From contig CAIIXF020000001.1 in assembly GCA_903813345.2 (NCBI GenBank), forward strand, positions 25,048,001-25,112,000: a stretch of 64,000 bases of DNA. Direction: 5' to 3'. The position numbers and the translations under genes were made by a program. Origin of the DNA: Owenia fusiformis (lineage: Eukaryota). Shown one piece after another: positions 37,701 through 50,500 of the stretch. The notes under the pieces are model-generated. The model did not search any database. It had not been told where the DNA came from and saw only the letters and a program-made list of their open reading frames with translations. Position 1 is the stretch's first letter; every line of letters begins with the position of its first letter.

Positions 37701-40700
37701 ATCGATACCACTCCTTTCTTAAATTAGAGAATTTTTTATCTTTGATTCCTAGGTACCCTCTATATCTGATTAGCTACTTTAGATTCAAATTTTCATCAAT
37801 CAGAGCTAGTATCTGAGTTATAAAAAAGAATACTCTAAAAACAGACCACCTTTATAAATAATCTGAGGATCATGCTATGAAATATGAGTGAAGAGAAATC
37901 AAAGTGATTGAATGATTATTAGATATATTACATAGAAATACACAATGGCGATATATTCACTTCAAATTGTAAATGTTTCTTGCAGTTTTCTCCTGATTCT
38001 CATTTATAGCACAGAACATCACATAATTTGGTACACCAATACAGACAATATTTTGATTAGAATGTTATTGTTTATTTCCAGATGTTTCTGTTGACAGTGC
38101 TTAGCTGTATCCTATTTCAACAAGTCACGTTTGGATTCTATGTACCAGGAGTCGCCCCTGTGGAATTTAAGCAAGATGATCCTGTAGAAGTCAAGGTCTG
38201 AGATCAAGTTGCTCAATCTCCATCTAATAATTCCTAATTGTTTATATAGATGCTAATTAATCTGTTAATGAATTATGATTGATAAATACGATAGGTCAAT
38301 TGGGTTTATTAATTATAATTGAGAGGAAATGAAAAATATTCTGCAGGTGTTTTACTATCCCAACAAATGAAATTCAGGAGGATATGAAAATGGCTCCATC
38401 CATACATCTGTCCATCTGCACGTACCTCTGTCTGAGCAAATATTATTTATGTATATGCCCCATGTGAGCACAAGTTCTGCTTGAAAAATTATTTTAAAAA
38501 TGGCCACCAGTTTCAAAATAGCCATCATTTTAGTGTCAATTTTACAGTATTTTAATTACAAAATATAAAAGTGTAATATTTATATGTTCTAAATGTATAA
38601 AATTATGAAGGATATTGATTAAGTTAAAAAACAACACCTGAAAAATGTTGGCTGTTAAATCCTATTTTACAATTTTTGCTCAAACTGGAAAAGTAGCGGA
38701 ATGGTTTTGTTTATATTTGATATGTGGATACTCATAATCATAGAGAATTGCGGCCATTTTAATATGTGTCATTTTATGTATTGCTATAACTGGAAAACTA
38801 GTACTAGCCATTTTGGAAATATGTCATAATGTGAATACTAAGAAGCATATTATATGTACACTGTCTAATGACAATTTGGCTAATAGACAGCCATTTTCAA
38901 AAATGGCAGCCATGGCTCTTCAATGGAAATTGCTATGTCTTGGCATTGTTGTTACCTAGTTTAATTACAATGTTAGTTATGATCTTACTTTAATTTCAGG
39001 CTGTGAAACTGACAAGCATAAAGACACAATTACCTTATGAATACTATGACTTGCCATTTTGTAAACCAAAGGGTGGAGTGGTCTACAAGGCTGAAAATCT
39101 AGGTAGAGACAAATGTCCTAGATGCTTATTCTTGAATTTAGCAGACATAGAAATAAATTTTAAATTGCTAATCATTTCAAGTTAATTAGAATCTTGAAAG
39201 TATCTACACCAATTTTTGTATAAATTGTATAAAACAAAGTCGTGAGATCAAAAATATTTTTAAAAACACTTGATTGTGAACTAGCAGATAGTTTTCTTCT
39301 ATACATGCATAAAATGTTTACTTGTACACTGTATATCAGAATTATATTCAAAATTAGTTTTTGATTTCCTTTGTTTCAGTGGGGAGGAGAACTTCCCAAA
39401 ATAAATTCTCAGTTTTAGAATTGTTTTGTTGACACATATCCATCCATCTCCTTTCCTGTAATAATATAGAAAATGCATCCTATTTAATTGAATTTTCAAC
39501 ATTTACATGTTCATTTTTGCAGGAGAGGTGCTACGTGGAGATAGAATAGTTAACACTCCATATGAGGTAAAAATAGTTATTGATTTGATGAGCATGACTC
39601 GCTGAATGACTGAAGTAACACATTTCAGAAGTTTCTGATTTCAAAAATCAATATGTTATAAAATTGAATGAACTAAGTCATTATCAAAACAATTTTTGAA
39701 TTTTTCTCCATTTGAACAATGAGAACTATTTATTGTTAAATCCATTATTTTGCAGCAGGATTTGATAGATTGAGTTATTTCAAACACTCAGTGTCATATA
39801 TATATAGTTTATGCATAATCAATTTATCAACTAGGTATTGCTTTATCTGTTCATAATACATATTTATTCACTAATGTCCGTCCAAAGTTTCTAATTCACT
39901 TGTCATAGCCATTTCCCAAGCTCTTTGTTTTTGAGAAATTGGTGATTTTGTTCATATATCAGATACCATGCTATGTAGATGTCTGACAGCTTTTTATTGG
40001 AATTTCTCAATTCATTTAAAAAGCTGCATCTTCATGAAGAATGTAAAAAACCACAGCCTCATGAATAACACATTTTGACATAACTCATGAAATTTAGACA
40101 AAAAGTAGGATTTCTTTCTGTACTAAGTTAATCAGTAACAATTATTTATGTGAGCAGATTACCTCCGGGTCAATTTTATATGTCAATAGAAGTTTTTTCA
40201 CAAAAGTGTTATTTTTATATGCTTCAGGTTAAAATGGCTACCAACACAGGATGTACTGTTCTCTGCAATCAGCCTAATACTCCTGTTGAGTTGGATGAGA
40301 AACAGTCCAAGGTTTTGAGTGAACGCATCAGTCAGGGATACTATGTCCATCTGTAAGTTTTGAGTTAGTTTATGTGTGTTTGTGTCTCTTTTGATTTTTC
40401 TGACTAGTCTGCCAAGTACATTTTTAGTATTATTGGTTACATATATTGGTTCTTTAAATCTTTTAAAACTTTCCCACCTCAATTATTCGCTTTAAAAAAA
40501 TAAGAGAATATGTCTTCTCCATGTGACTCTTTTAAGTACAGGAGAGATCAGTTATATTATACAATGGATAGATTCTGAATATTCATCCTCCAGGAAAAAA
40601 CATTACCCAATACCTAACTCTCCCATTCCCTTGTTTGATTTGCAAACTCGCAATCTCCCAGCTTAATGTACATGTTTATATCTCAGGATTGTTGATAATC

Positions 40701-43700
40701 TGCCATGTGCCACTAAGTTTGAGATGTTGGATACAAAGGAGACACAGTATGAGCATGGCTATAAGATTGGCTTCCAGAGGGAGGGCAAGACTTACCTGAA
40801 TAATCACTTAAAGATCATCTTGATGTACCATACAGAGGATGAAGGGTAAGTTCAATGACTCTTATCTTCAACTACAGGATTCAACTCAACCCAAAGGCCT
40901 CAACCAAGTTGGCTCGTTGGGTCCCTTAATTAATCCTTAATTAAGAACAAGAAATACATAACAAAAGTTTTATAAAGATCAAAATATTGAGCACGTGAAT
41001 TGTTCAAATAATTAAACAAATAAGACAACGAAAATGAAGTGTACTAACTATATTTAGACTTAAAATAAGACAAACATAGATTTCAAATTGGGTCATTGTT
41101 AAGTTATTTCACTTATATGTGGTGATGTATTGTTACATCGACCATTTTTTGTGACAGGTGTTCGGCATCATTAACAAATGGCTACTCAACCGGGTCTCAT
41201 AAACATTATTTAATTTTTTATCAGGTATTTCAATGTTCCCTCTTCTAGCAAAACATACAGAGTAGTGGGATTTGAGGTTGAGCCCCGCAGTATCAGTACA
41301 GCGTCTCTGGGGGCCAAGGAAGATGGCAAATGTAACATTGACCCCGCCAAAAATGAGCCACAGGAAATTGTGGCAACAGGTAGGTGTCCAAGCATGTAGA
41401 TAAAAATGTACACCATAGAGTTGCTGGTAGAGATAGTTATTGAATACAAACATTGACATTAGAGTTGCTGGTAGGGATAGGTATTGAATACAAACATTGA
41501 CATTAGAGTTGCTGGTAGGGGTAGGTATTGAATACAAACATTGACATTAGAGTTACTGGTAGTAGAAAGTATTGAATACGAAACATTGACAGTAGAGTTA
41601 CTGGTAGTAGGTATTGAATACAAACATTGACATTAGAGTTGCTGGTAGGGGTAGGTATTGAATACAAACATTGACATTAGAGTTGCTGGTAGTGATAGTT
41701 ATTGAATACAAACATTGACATTAGAGTTGCTGGTAGTAGAAAGTATTGAATACGAAACATTGACATTAGAGTTACTGGTAGGGGTAGGTATTGAATACAA
41801 ACATTGACATTAGAGTTGCTGGTAGTGATAGTTATTAAATACAAACATTGACATTAGAGTTGCTGGTAGTAGAAAGTATTGAATACGAAACATTGACATT
41901 AGAGTTGCTGGCAAGGGTAGGTATTGAATACAAACATTGACATTAGAGTTGCTGGCAGGGGTAGGTATTGAATACAAACATTGACATTAGAGTTGCTGTC
42001 AGTAGAAAGTATTGAATACAAACATTGACATTAGAGTTACTGGTAGTAGGTAGTGGTGTCAATAAACCGCCTGAGCATTAACCGGTTAACCGGGGGTTTT
42101 TACCGGTTAAAGTCGGTTAACCGGCGGGAAATTTGAACTGATAATTTCAAATGAAATCTTCATCTTCGATCTTGAAAGTTGAAAAAAATTGGAAAAAAGA
42201 TATATCGGCGTTTATTTTTACGTTCGTCAAGCTTTACTCTATTCTATGTAAGTAAGCGCGGGAAAGCAATGTGGCAGGGATTAAAGTTGCTGATTGGATA
42301 TTTGTAAGGAATTATCGGACCTATCACATGTATGAGTAGCTCACATGAAACTGACGCTTGAAAAACAAACAGATTAAAATGCGAAGTAAGCGCGGGAAAG
42401 CAATGTGGCAGGGATTAAAGTTGCTGATTGGATGTTTGTAAGGATGAGACTAATGACATGTATGAGTAGCTTACGTGAAACTGACACCATAAAACCAAAC
42501 GCATTAGCATGCAAAATAAGCGCGGGAAATAAGAGAATTATACACGGTCAACTAACTGCCCATAAAAACACAGACCGGTCAAGGCATTATCGGCGGTTAA
42601 CCGGTTAACCGGTTAATACTTGACACCTCTAGTAGTAGGTATTGAATACAAACATTGACATTAGAGTTGCTTGTAGTGATAGGTATTGAATACAAACATT
42701 TACATTAGAGTTGCTTGTAGTGGTAGATATTGAATACAAATGTGTATATCATTACCTATTATTAATTCCCAGGCAAGAACTCTTTGCTGTTTACATATGA
42801 GGTGCAATGGAGGGCCAGTGATATAGTATGGGCTTCAAGATGGGACACATACCTTGCCATGAGTGATGTGCAGATACATTGGTTCAGCATTGTCAACTCT
42901 GTTGTAGTTGTCTTCTTCCTGGCTGGTGAGTAGTAGGAGTCGTGTTAAGAGGGAGGATAAGTTGTCTGATCAGACAAAGGGGGATATGTTGTCTGATCAA
43001 ATAATCAGAGGGAGATAAGTTGTCTGATCAAATAATCAAAGAAAGATCAGACAATTGGAGGAAGTGATAGGCCTACTCCTTGAAACATTTTTTGAGAGAT
43101 GTGTGTTATGAATACGATACTATAAACCAAGAAGTATATTAGATATTTCATTGACTGATCATTTCACTTTACAAGTCAAGATTTATTTCTGAGCTTTATC
43201 ATATTATAGTATGAATTTGTTTAAGTCCTCCATGTTTTTTTTTAATTTTTTAGATTTTTGTTTTATTCATTCAAATAATTATTATCAATATGTTGTAGGT
43301 ATTCTGACAATGATCATTGTACGTACATTGAGAAGAGACATTGCCAAGTACAACAGAGATGATGACCTTGTAAGTGTTAAACATGTATCTAAGGTATCAA
43401 ATCAACATCTACACTCAAAGTTATTGAGCCTTAAAAATAGTTGTCCTATTCTAAACACCTTTCATACTTTTCTTTTCTGCAGATTTTCCTCGAGTCCAAA
43501 GTTTGTCAAAATGTGCCATTTAAACATGATTTTTCTCATTTCCAATTTGTGCAAGCATATTTTTAAAATCTCTAGTTGCTGCAATGCCCATTTCTTTAGG
43601 CTTAGATTCCTGATTTACCTTAACTTGTAATACTGAGTGACTTGTGAACATCATGTACCACTTAACTACATTTATTCAATTTTCTTGTTGGAGGATGAAA

Positions 43701-46700
43701 CCATTGAAGAATCTGGCTGGAAGCTGGTACATGGAGATGTCTTCAGGCCCCCAAAGAACAACAGAATTTTTGCAGCCCTCACTGGCGCAGGTCTTCAGGT
43801 GTTCTGTATGTGCTTTATAACTGTAGGTAAGATCACTGGCACACTTTTGTACAGTTGCCTTTTTTATTCTTTATATGGCAAACACCATAACTTTTTCTGA
43901 AGTTAATCGTATGAAGATTTTATTTATTGTTACATGCATTAGCCATATAATGGTAGTTGAAGACCTTTCTTTTTCACAGCAATTTAGAATTTTGCTTTGC
44001 ATGATTTTGACTTTTGACTCCAAAAGAGGGCTTCATCCACAATGTTTCAATAAGAATGATTCTTTAATCTAGTCTTTGTGATCAAAATTAGTAGTTTAAA
44101 ATAGTATACTTGAAGTTTAACAGTATAATGTCTATTCCAGTGCTTGCCATGCTTGGTATGCTGTCCCCTGCATCCAGAGGAGCTCTAATCACAGCTGGAT
44201 GCTTTCTCTACATGTTCATGGGGTATGTTAATCAGTGATATATATTCAGTGACTATCTTCATCCAAAAAAAACGTTCATCATAGTAAAAAAAATGAATGA
44301 AGGTGTTGAGTACAATATTTCACAGTGCTGAAACCAAGAATTTATTTAGAGATCCTGAATTCATTTTTATTTAAAAATATTAAATTCAAAAATTTTAAAA
44401 ATTAAATAAAAATATTCATTTCTATTTTTAAACATGTAAACTTTGTTCCTGATACATTTGGATCTAAAATGGTAGCAATGCTTCAGTAATTTCATGATTT
44501 TCCCAAATAAGCGAACAATGATAATATACAAAGTAGATATGTTTTTTGCCTGTTTTCAGCCGATGGTCTCGTATTTTCATATTCATTTACATTTACGCAT
44601 TTTGTGTCTTGTAATACAGGCTTGTTGCTGGTTATTATTCTGCTAGACTTTATAAAACAATGAAAGGACACCAGTGGAAGAGTGCTGCTGTCACTGTAAG
44701 TCAATATTGCAAATTTCATTAAATAAATAATCAAATAAATTTTGGAAATGAGAGACAGGTTGAATAAAGAAAATACAAAATGGTTTGCTTCAAACCATAA
44801 CATGTCGGTTTTCTCAGAGTTTCATTTTCCCCACTTAGACTATTAAAAGAACATCAAGCATTATAATTCTATAACCATACCACACTACATATATCACATT
44901 CTGTCTCATGATACAATATTTCAAGGGAAAATAACTGAACAATTTAAACCATATAACTTCAGTAGAGATACAAGGAAAGCTTCAATTCAGTTGTATGACT
45001 ACATTTGCATTAAGAACCATAATCTTTTTTATTTATTTTCAGACCACTGTGTTGTTCCCGTCTGTTGTATTTGGTATTGCACTTTTCCTCAACTTCTTCA
45101 TATGGGGCAAAAGGTCATCTGGAGCTGTAAGTACATAATAATATATTTTAATTTTTTGAAATTTATTCAAGAATTTTTGAAATGTTGCTTAATCTGTTAA
45201 TGATTTTGACTTAACCATGAACTGTACTTTGTGACAAATGTAATTTACTTATTTCCACTATGCCAAAATTGTAACATTTCATAATTTGTGATTTTATGAA
45301 TTTGTTTCCAGGTTCCATTTACAACGATGATAGCTCTATTAGCTATGTGGTTTGGTATCTCTCTGCCACTTATGTTCTTAGGTTACTACTTTGGCTACAG
45401 GAAACAGGTGAGTTTTGTGCTTCTAGAAGAAGTCTTGTTAAATGTGTCTCGTCCCAGCTATTTCTAGTCCCTATTTAGTATTTACTTTCTTATTTCCCCT
45501 TGAGTTAAAGTAGGGAAAGAAGATATTTTTCTTGCATGTTTACTTAGACCTTTCCCACTATCCTAAGGGGTAGAGAGAGAAAGTGATATTGGTATGTAAG
45601 ACTACAAGAGTAAAATCTAAATATTCAATCCAATTAGACTAATTTCATTAGTTAAGCAGATAGTTGAATTCCTTAAATTTCAGTCTGCATAAATCAGTAT
45701 AGCTTTATAAGTACTTTTGTATTGCATATTTGAATATCTTGTTCCAGCCTTATGAACATCCAGTGCGTACTAACCAAATTCCAAGGCAGGTACCTGAGCA
45801 GCCCTGGTATATGAACCCTATCTTAGCGTAAGTTATATTCAAATTACTTGAATTCAGGTCCACATAGATGTGTTTCATGCCTATTTACTAGGGGTGAGAC
45901 GAGTGGAAAAATCCGATTCGAGTCGAATCCGATTCGAGTCAGAAAATGACGATTCGAGTTTCGAATCCGTTTCGAGTCAGATAAAGTGCGAACAACATCG
46001 CTTTTGACCGTTCATATTTTTAATGCGTCAATGGTGGAAAGCCAGAAATATAAACAAACAGAATTCGTCGTAAGTTTATTCTGATTTTATTACATTTATT
46101 CTTTCATTTATGTGTACATACAATATAATAATTTAATACAAGCATATCCAAGTCATTGAAACTTATATATTCAACGCAATATCGAGTAAAAACATGCATA
46201 TTGACAGTATTTTTCTGAATTTTTTTATTTTTTCGAATTTTTTTCTCAACTCGAAATTGATTCGATTCATCAACTTCGACTCGATTCGACTCGACTCGAA
46301 GCCCCAAACCCGCGAGTCCTCGACTCATCGGGTTGTCGTCTCACCCCTACTATTTACTGATGGCCTTACTAAGTGCTATATTGCAAATTTAATTTAGCCT
46401 CGGCTTATTTTAGTTCCTAGCCATACCCCTGAATAACTAAATTATATTCAAATTATGCACAATTTTTGTTTTTCTCATTTCAGAACTCTGATGGCTGGTA
46501 TCCTTCCATTCGGAGCTATGTTTATAGAGTTGTTCTTCATCTTCACTGCAATGTGGGAAAACCAGTTCTACTACATGTTCGGCTTCCTATTCCTTGTCTT
46601 TATCATTCTCATCATCTCATGTTCTCAAATCTCGATCGTCATGGTATATTTCCAGCTGTGTGGTGAGGTAAGTCTCCATTAGGGGTCATCCCAAAAGTTT

Positions 46701-47530
46701 CACATTTAATTTTACTGTTAAAAAAAACATCGCTTTGTGAACAACCAATTTGAAGTTGGTCAATTTGTGTCATACAAAATGTCAAGTTTGATTTATACAT
46801 AGCAATACATGTTTAAAGGATATTGCAATGTAAGTAATACTTATTAAACACCCTGTGTTTATGTAATGCATTTGTTCTACTTTATATTACATGTTTGTTT
46901 TTCCATGTTGCAGGACTATCACTGGTGGTGGAGGTCATTCATTGTATCTGGTGGATCTGCAGTATATGTCTTTGCTTACTCTATTTTTTACTTCATCACA
47001 AAGGTAAGCTATAAAAATATTGTAAAACTAATTCAAAGCATGGTTGAAATTAGATTTTGATTGATGTTCTAAATTTCCCCAGTATTTTATCCAAAATTCT
47101 TTACTGGAATTGAAAATTGTTTATAAAAATATTTTACTTGTATAGATGGCATAACCATTGAGATTCCTCAGGAACTGCATAATATTATATGTGATACATG
47201 TCATACTTCCAAATGTCAATTCTTCGTTTGTTTAAGTTGGAGATTACAGAATTCATTCCCATTAAATATTTTGCTTGTATAGATGACATAACCATGCATA
47301 TTCCTCAAGAAAATGTATAATATTATATGTGAAACATGTCCTTCTATTTCCAAATGTGAATTCTTCTTTGTTTGTTTCAGTTGGAGATTACAGAATTTAT
47401 TCCCACCCTTCTCTACTTTGGTTATACAATAATTATGGTGTTAACATTCTGGATCCTGACAGGAACCATAGGATTCTATGCCTCATATTTCTTCATAAGG
47501 AAAATATATGGAGCTATTAAAATAGATTAA
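34734..47530 (+). CDS. TM9SF4: Transmembrane 9 superfamily member 4 (nonaspanin/EMP70), 628 aa, 18 coding exons
   Basis: Exons 34734-34745 (MANE, least certain), 38082-38195, 39000-39102, 39523-39566, 40228-40352, 40687-40845, 41249-41379, 42773-42925, 43299-43369, 43694-43826, 44141-44222, 44620-44695, 45043-45126, 45312-45407, 45748-45827, 46484-46667, 46914-47003, 47381-47530; phases are consistent. Motifs [74 protein letters not shown] and C-terminal KID*. AATAAA at 48826. Confidence 0.95.
36651..37103. mobile_element. hAT-like MITE (no TSD visible)
   Basis: TAGTGTTGTCGCGAT / ATCGCGACAACACTA termini; ATCGAT/ATCGCGAT subterminal repeats. Confidence 0.65.
41420..42740. repeat. ~42-bp minisatellite in a TM9SF4 intron, interrupted by a hAT MITE
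   Basis: Unit ATTGAATACAAACATTGACATTAGAGTTGCTGGTAGGGGTAGGT, ~15 copies before and ~2-3 after the insertion. Confidence 0.92.
42051..42631. mobile_element. hAT MITE
   Basis: TAGTGGTGTCAA / TTGACACCTCTA termini; 8-bp TSD GTAGTAGG; TTAACCGG subterminal repeats. Confidence 0.85.
45889..46349. mobile_element. hAT MITE
   Basis: TAGGGGTGAGACGA / TCGTCTCACCCCTA termini; 8-bp TSD CTATTTAC; GATTCGAGT subterminal repeats. Confidence 0.88.
47127..47406 (+). repeat. Tandem duplication (~140 bp x2) spanning the last TM9SF4 3' splice site
   Basis: AAATATTTT.CTTGTATAGATG.CATAACCAT...AGTTGGAGATTACAGAATT.ATTCCCA occurs twice. Confidence 0.88.
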
Positions 47531-50500
47531 TACCAGTGGGGAAGCGATCAAGCATTTAGTATATTTGACTGTACATACTATATAGTAGTTGGAGGGAACA
47601 TTGTATATAAGACTTGGGTTTATAGAAACTGGAGAGATGTGATATTTTCAGGCTGGACAATGAAAATTGAGAACATTTTAAAAAAGGAAACAGTAAAGTA
47701 CCAAAAGAAGAATGGTATAGAAGTATCAAAGAAACTATGTTAGTACATGAAATTAATTTGAAAAGTGACATTGGATATTGCACATGATCATTTCACTTTT
47801 TGCTGATAACCATTTGCAATGAGCTGCTAGTATTTGTTAAAATGTAATTTACAAAATGTCAGGATACTCAGTTTTAGTTTGAGCTTGATGAAATATATGA
47901 ACCTTAACATTCCTTTGTTAAAGTGGCATTCTGTTTAAGTCTATTGCTGCCTTGATGTTGCTTAACCAATCTTTTTTCCACATTGTTAAAAACTGTCAGT
48001 AGTTTCTGTATTGTGAAAATTTTAAAACAATTGGTCATTTCAAGTGCTGCCATCTTTAAATATCTTGGCCACTGAAGGATGTCATCACTTCAAACTTCAA
48101 TCAGCTTACAATTTGAATGCCCCTTTAACATGTAGTAATAATATAAATATTTTATAGCTGACACTCTGTGATGGCACAATAGTTATGGTGATCAAGTGAG
48201 CATTATATTCTCCACTGATGCTTATAGGTATTTCTTGAAACATTTCTGAAGTTATAAATTGTTGTCAAGTGATGCTATTTTAATTTCCATGATTGCAACA
48301 ATGGATATCACAATTTTGGAATGATTCAAGAAGTCCCCCTTTTGTACATGTGTATATTAATATGACAAGTTGAATTATGATGACAAGTTGAATTGTGGTA
48401 CAATGTAACATGAATGATATATCTTTTGTATGTTTATCTTAATACAAGCACCTATTTACTCTTACCAGATAGAGGTCAATGAAGGTGTATATTCTAGACA
48501 AGTCTCCAAATTAAAACAAAATGCAATATTTATACAAGTTCAGGAGAAAAGTATTGATTAAGATCAGTTATCAGCCAACATTATCAACTGTAAATGTTTT
48601 ATGAATTAGATTTGACATTGAAACGTTAAAATAGAAGAGTTATCAAATACAAAATGCTTTGTTAACTACACTTGATTTTGTATTTTTTTTGGACATTCAG
48701 CTAGGAAGAAACATTGAGATTTCTTGAGTAAGGAACATTCTAACAACAACATCACATAATTATAATATTTTATAGAACAAATAATATAGAACTCATCATT
48801 TTAATTAACCTAACTTGCAAGTTGCAATAAAAACGTTGAATCTGCCTTATACCTTAATTTTGACTGTATTTGGCATTGGTTTTCAATTGTATATGGTATC
48901 TTGTATGGCTGTTCTATGAATTTATAATGAAAGGAATCTAACTAACACAAGAATGAGTTAACATGTTGCCACTGTGAAATATGAACCTAACTAACACTAG
49001 ACCAAATTTTCTTTTGTTTATGGACATTTGGCATGTCCAACTTGTTTCATTTTGTGATAAATGATATTTATTTGTGTAAATATGGGTCATGCACATTGTA
49101 TCGTTCTCATTTGGGAATAAATAAATTATGCTCAAAAATGTTCTTATTTTTGGTAGTCCCATGTCTCACTCATAACTTCCAGATAAATACAAAAATGTCT
49201 GATGTAATATTCACTGAACACAGCCCACTGGTTTGTGGCAAAAACCTTGAAAATAAGGATGGTCATAAAGCCCTGGATTTAGAGATACAAATATTCCTGC
49301 AACCAAAATAGTAATAGACAAAAGTTTTGCAAACCTGAATTTGTTTTTGTCATAGAAAATTATTCAGAACCTTTCTGTCAAGTGCCTATTAACTCGAAGC
49401 TTTTGGTATAGATGTCCCTACTAGTTTTCAAACGTGATTTGTTACCTTTTGGATACAAGATTATATAGATGTCTCATTCATAAAAAAACTCAATGTACTG
49501 ATGTTTTCTATTATCTCACTTGTGTAGGGCTTTATGATCAGTGGTATTTTTTTTTTATTCAAATCACTTGACAAACCACTGACACAGAACTAACTCCCAG
49601 ATTTTCATTATAGGGTATGAATATATAAATGTTTTTTCAATTATCTTTTAAAAATTCTTATTTCAGCATTCTTATTTTGCATATGACAAATCACTTTATC
49701 ATTTGCAAAATATTTTGATCACTAATGTCAAAAAGGTATTTTTCAAAATTCGGCAATTTCTATTGTTCACCGTGGTATAAAACGCGTTGAGATTATAGCG
49801 ATCATGCAAATCTATGAGCAAGATTTGATTTTGGTTTCCAAAACTATTTTAGCGTCTTTTGCAATCAATCAACAGCTCATTGGCAGTTCTTTAACTGTTC
49901 AATGTTTCATGAAAAGCGAATAGGAGAAACCTTTCATTCTAACAGTTTCAACAACACATTAGTCTACGCGAGGTGGCTAATTAAGCCTTAATCCGCCCAG
50001 TAGCACTTTAACGCAACGGGAATGGTTTCTGAGATGAGACTAAGATTAAAGGTAACACCCTGGTCCTGTTAGTGATGATTTAAACCCCTATTGTCTATGG
50101 CAAGACCCATCAATAGTCATCATCATCCACCGCTCTTGTCATGCCCTAATCAGTACACCCGTAAATAACAATCAATGGTGTAGCATCTAGCGGCTTAAAA
50201 TACACTTTCGCTGCTTTTAATTAAGCATTTAAGCCTCTGATTACTCAATGACGTTTTCATTAACACGCACTCATTTGATCACTGATGGGGCTTGACAACG
50301 TGTTAATCCAATAACCTTTTTCTGAAAATCATGAACGCCTTTCTATTTCCATTGTGGGATTCACAGTCTGTACAATCTCTTGGAGCCCTCTCAAGCAGTA
50401 GCAATAAAGAAGGACTCTTATACTTGTGAATCAGAATGTTTGATTTCAAGTGCAACATTTTATTGAGTCAAAATGACTTTAACTAGTGCGCCAAAGACGA

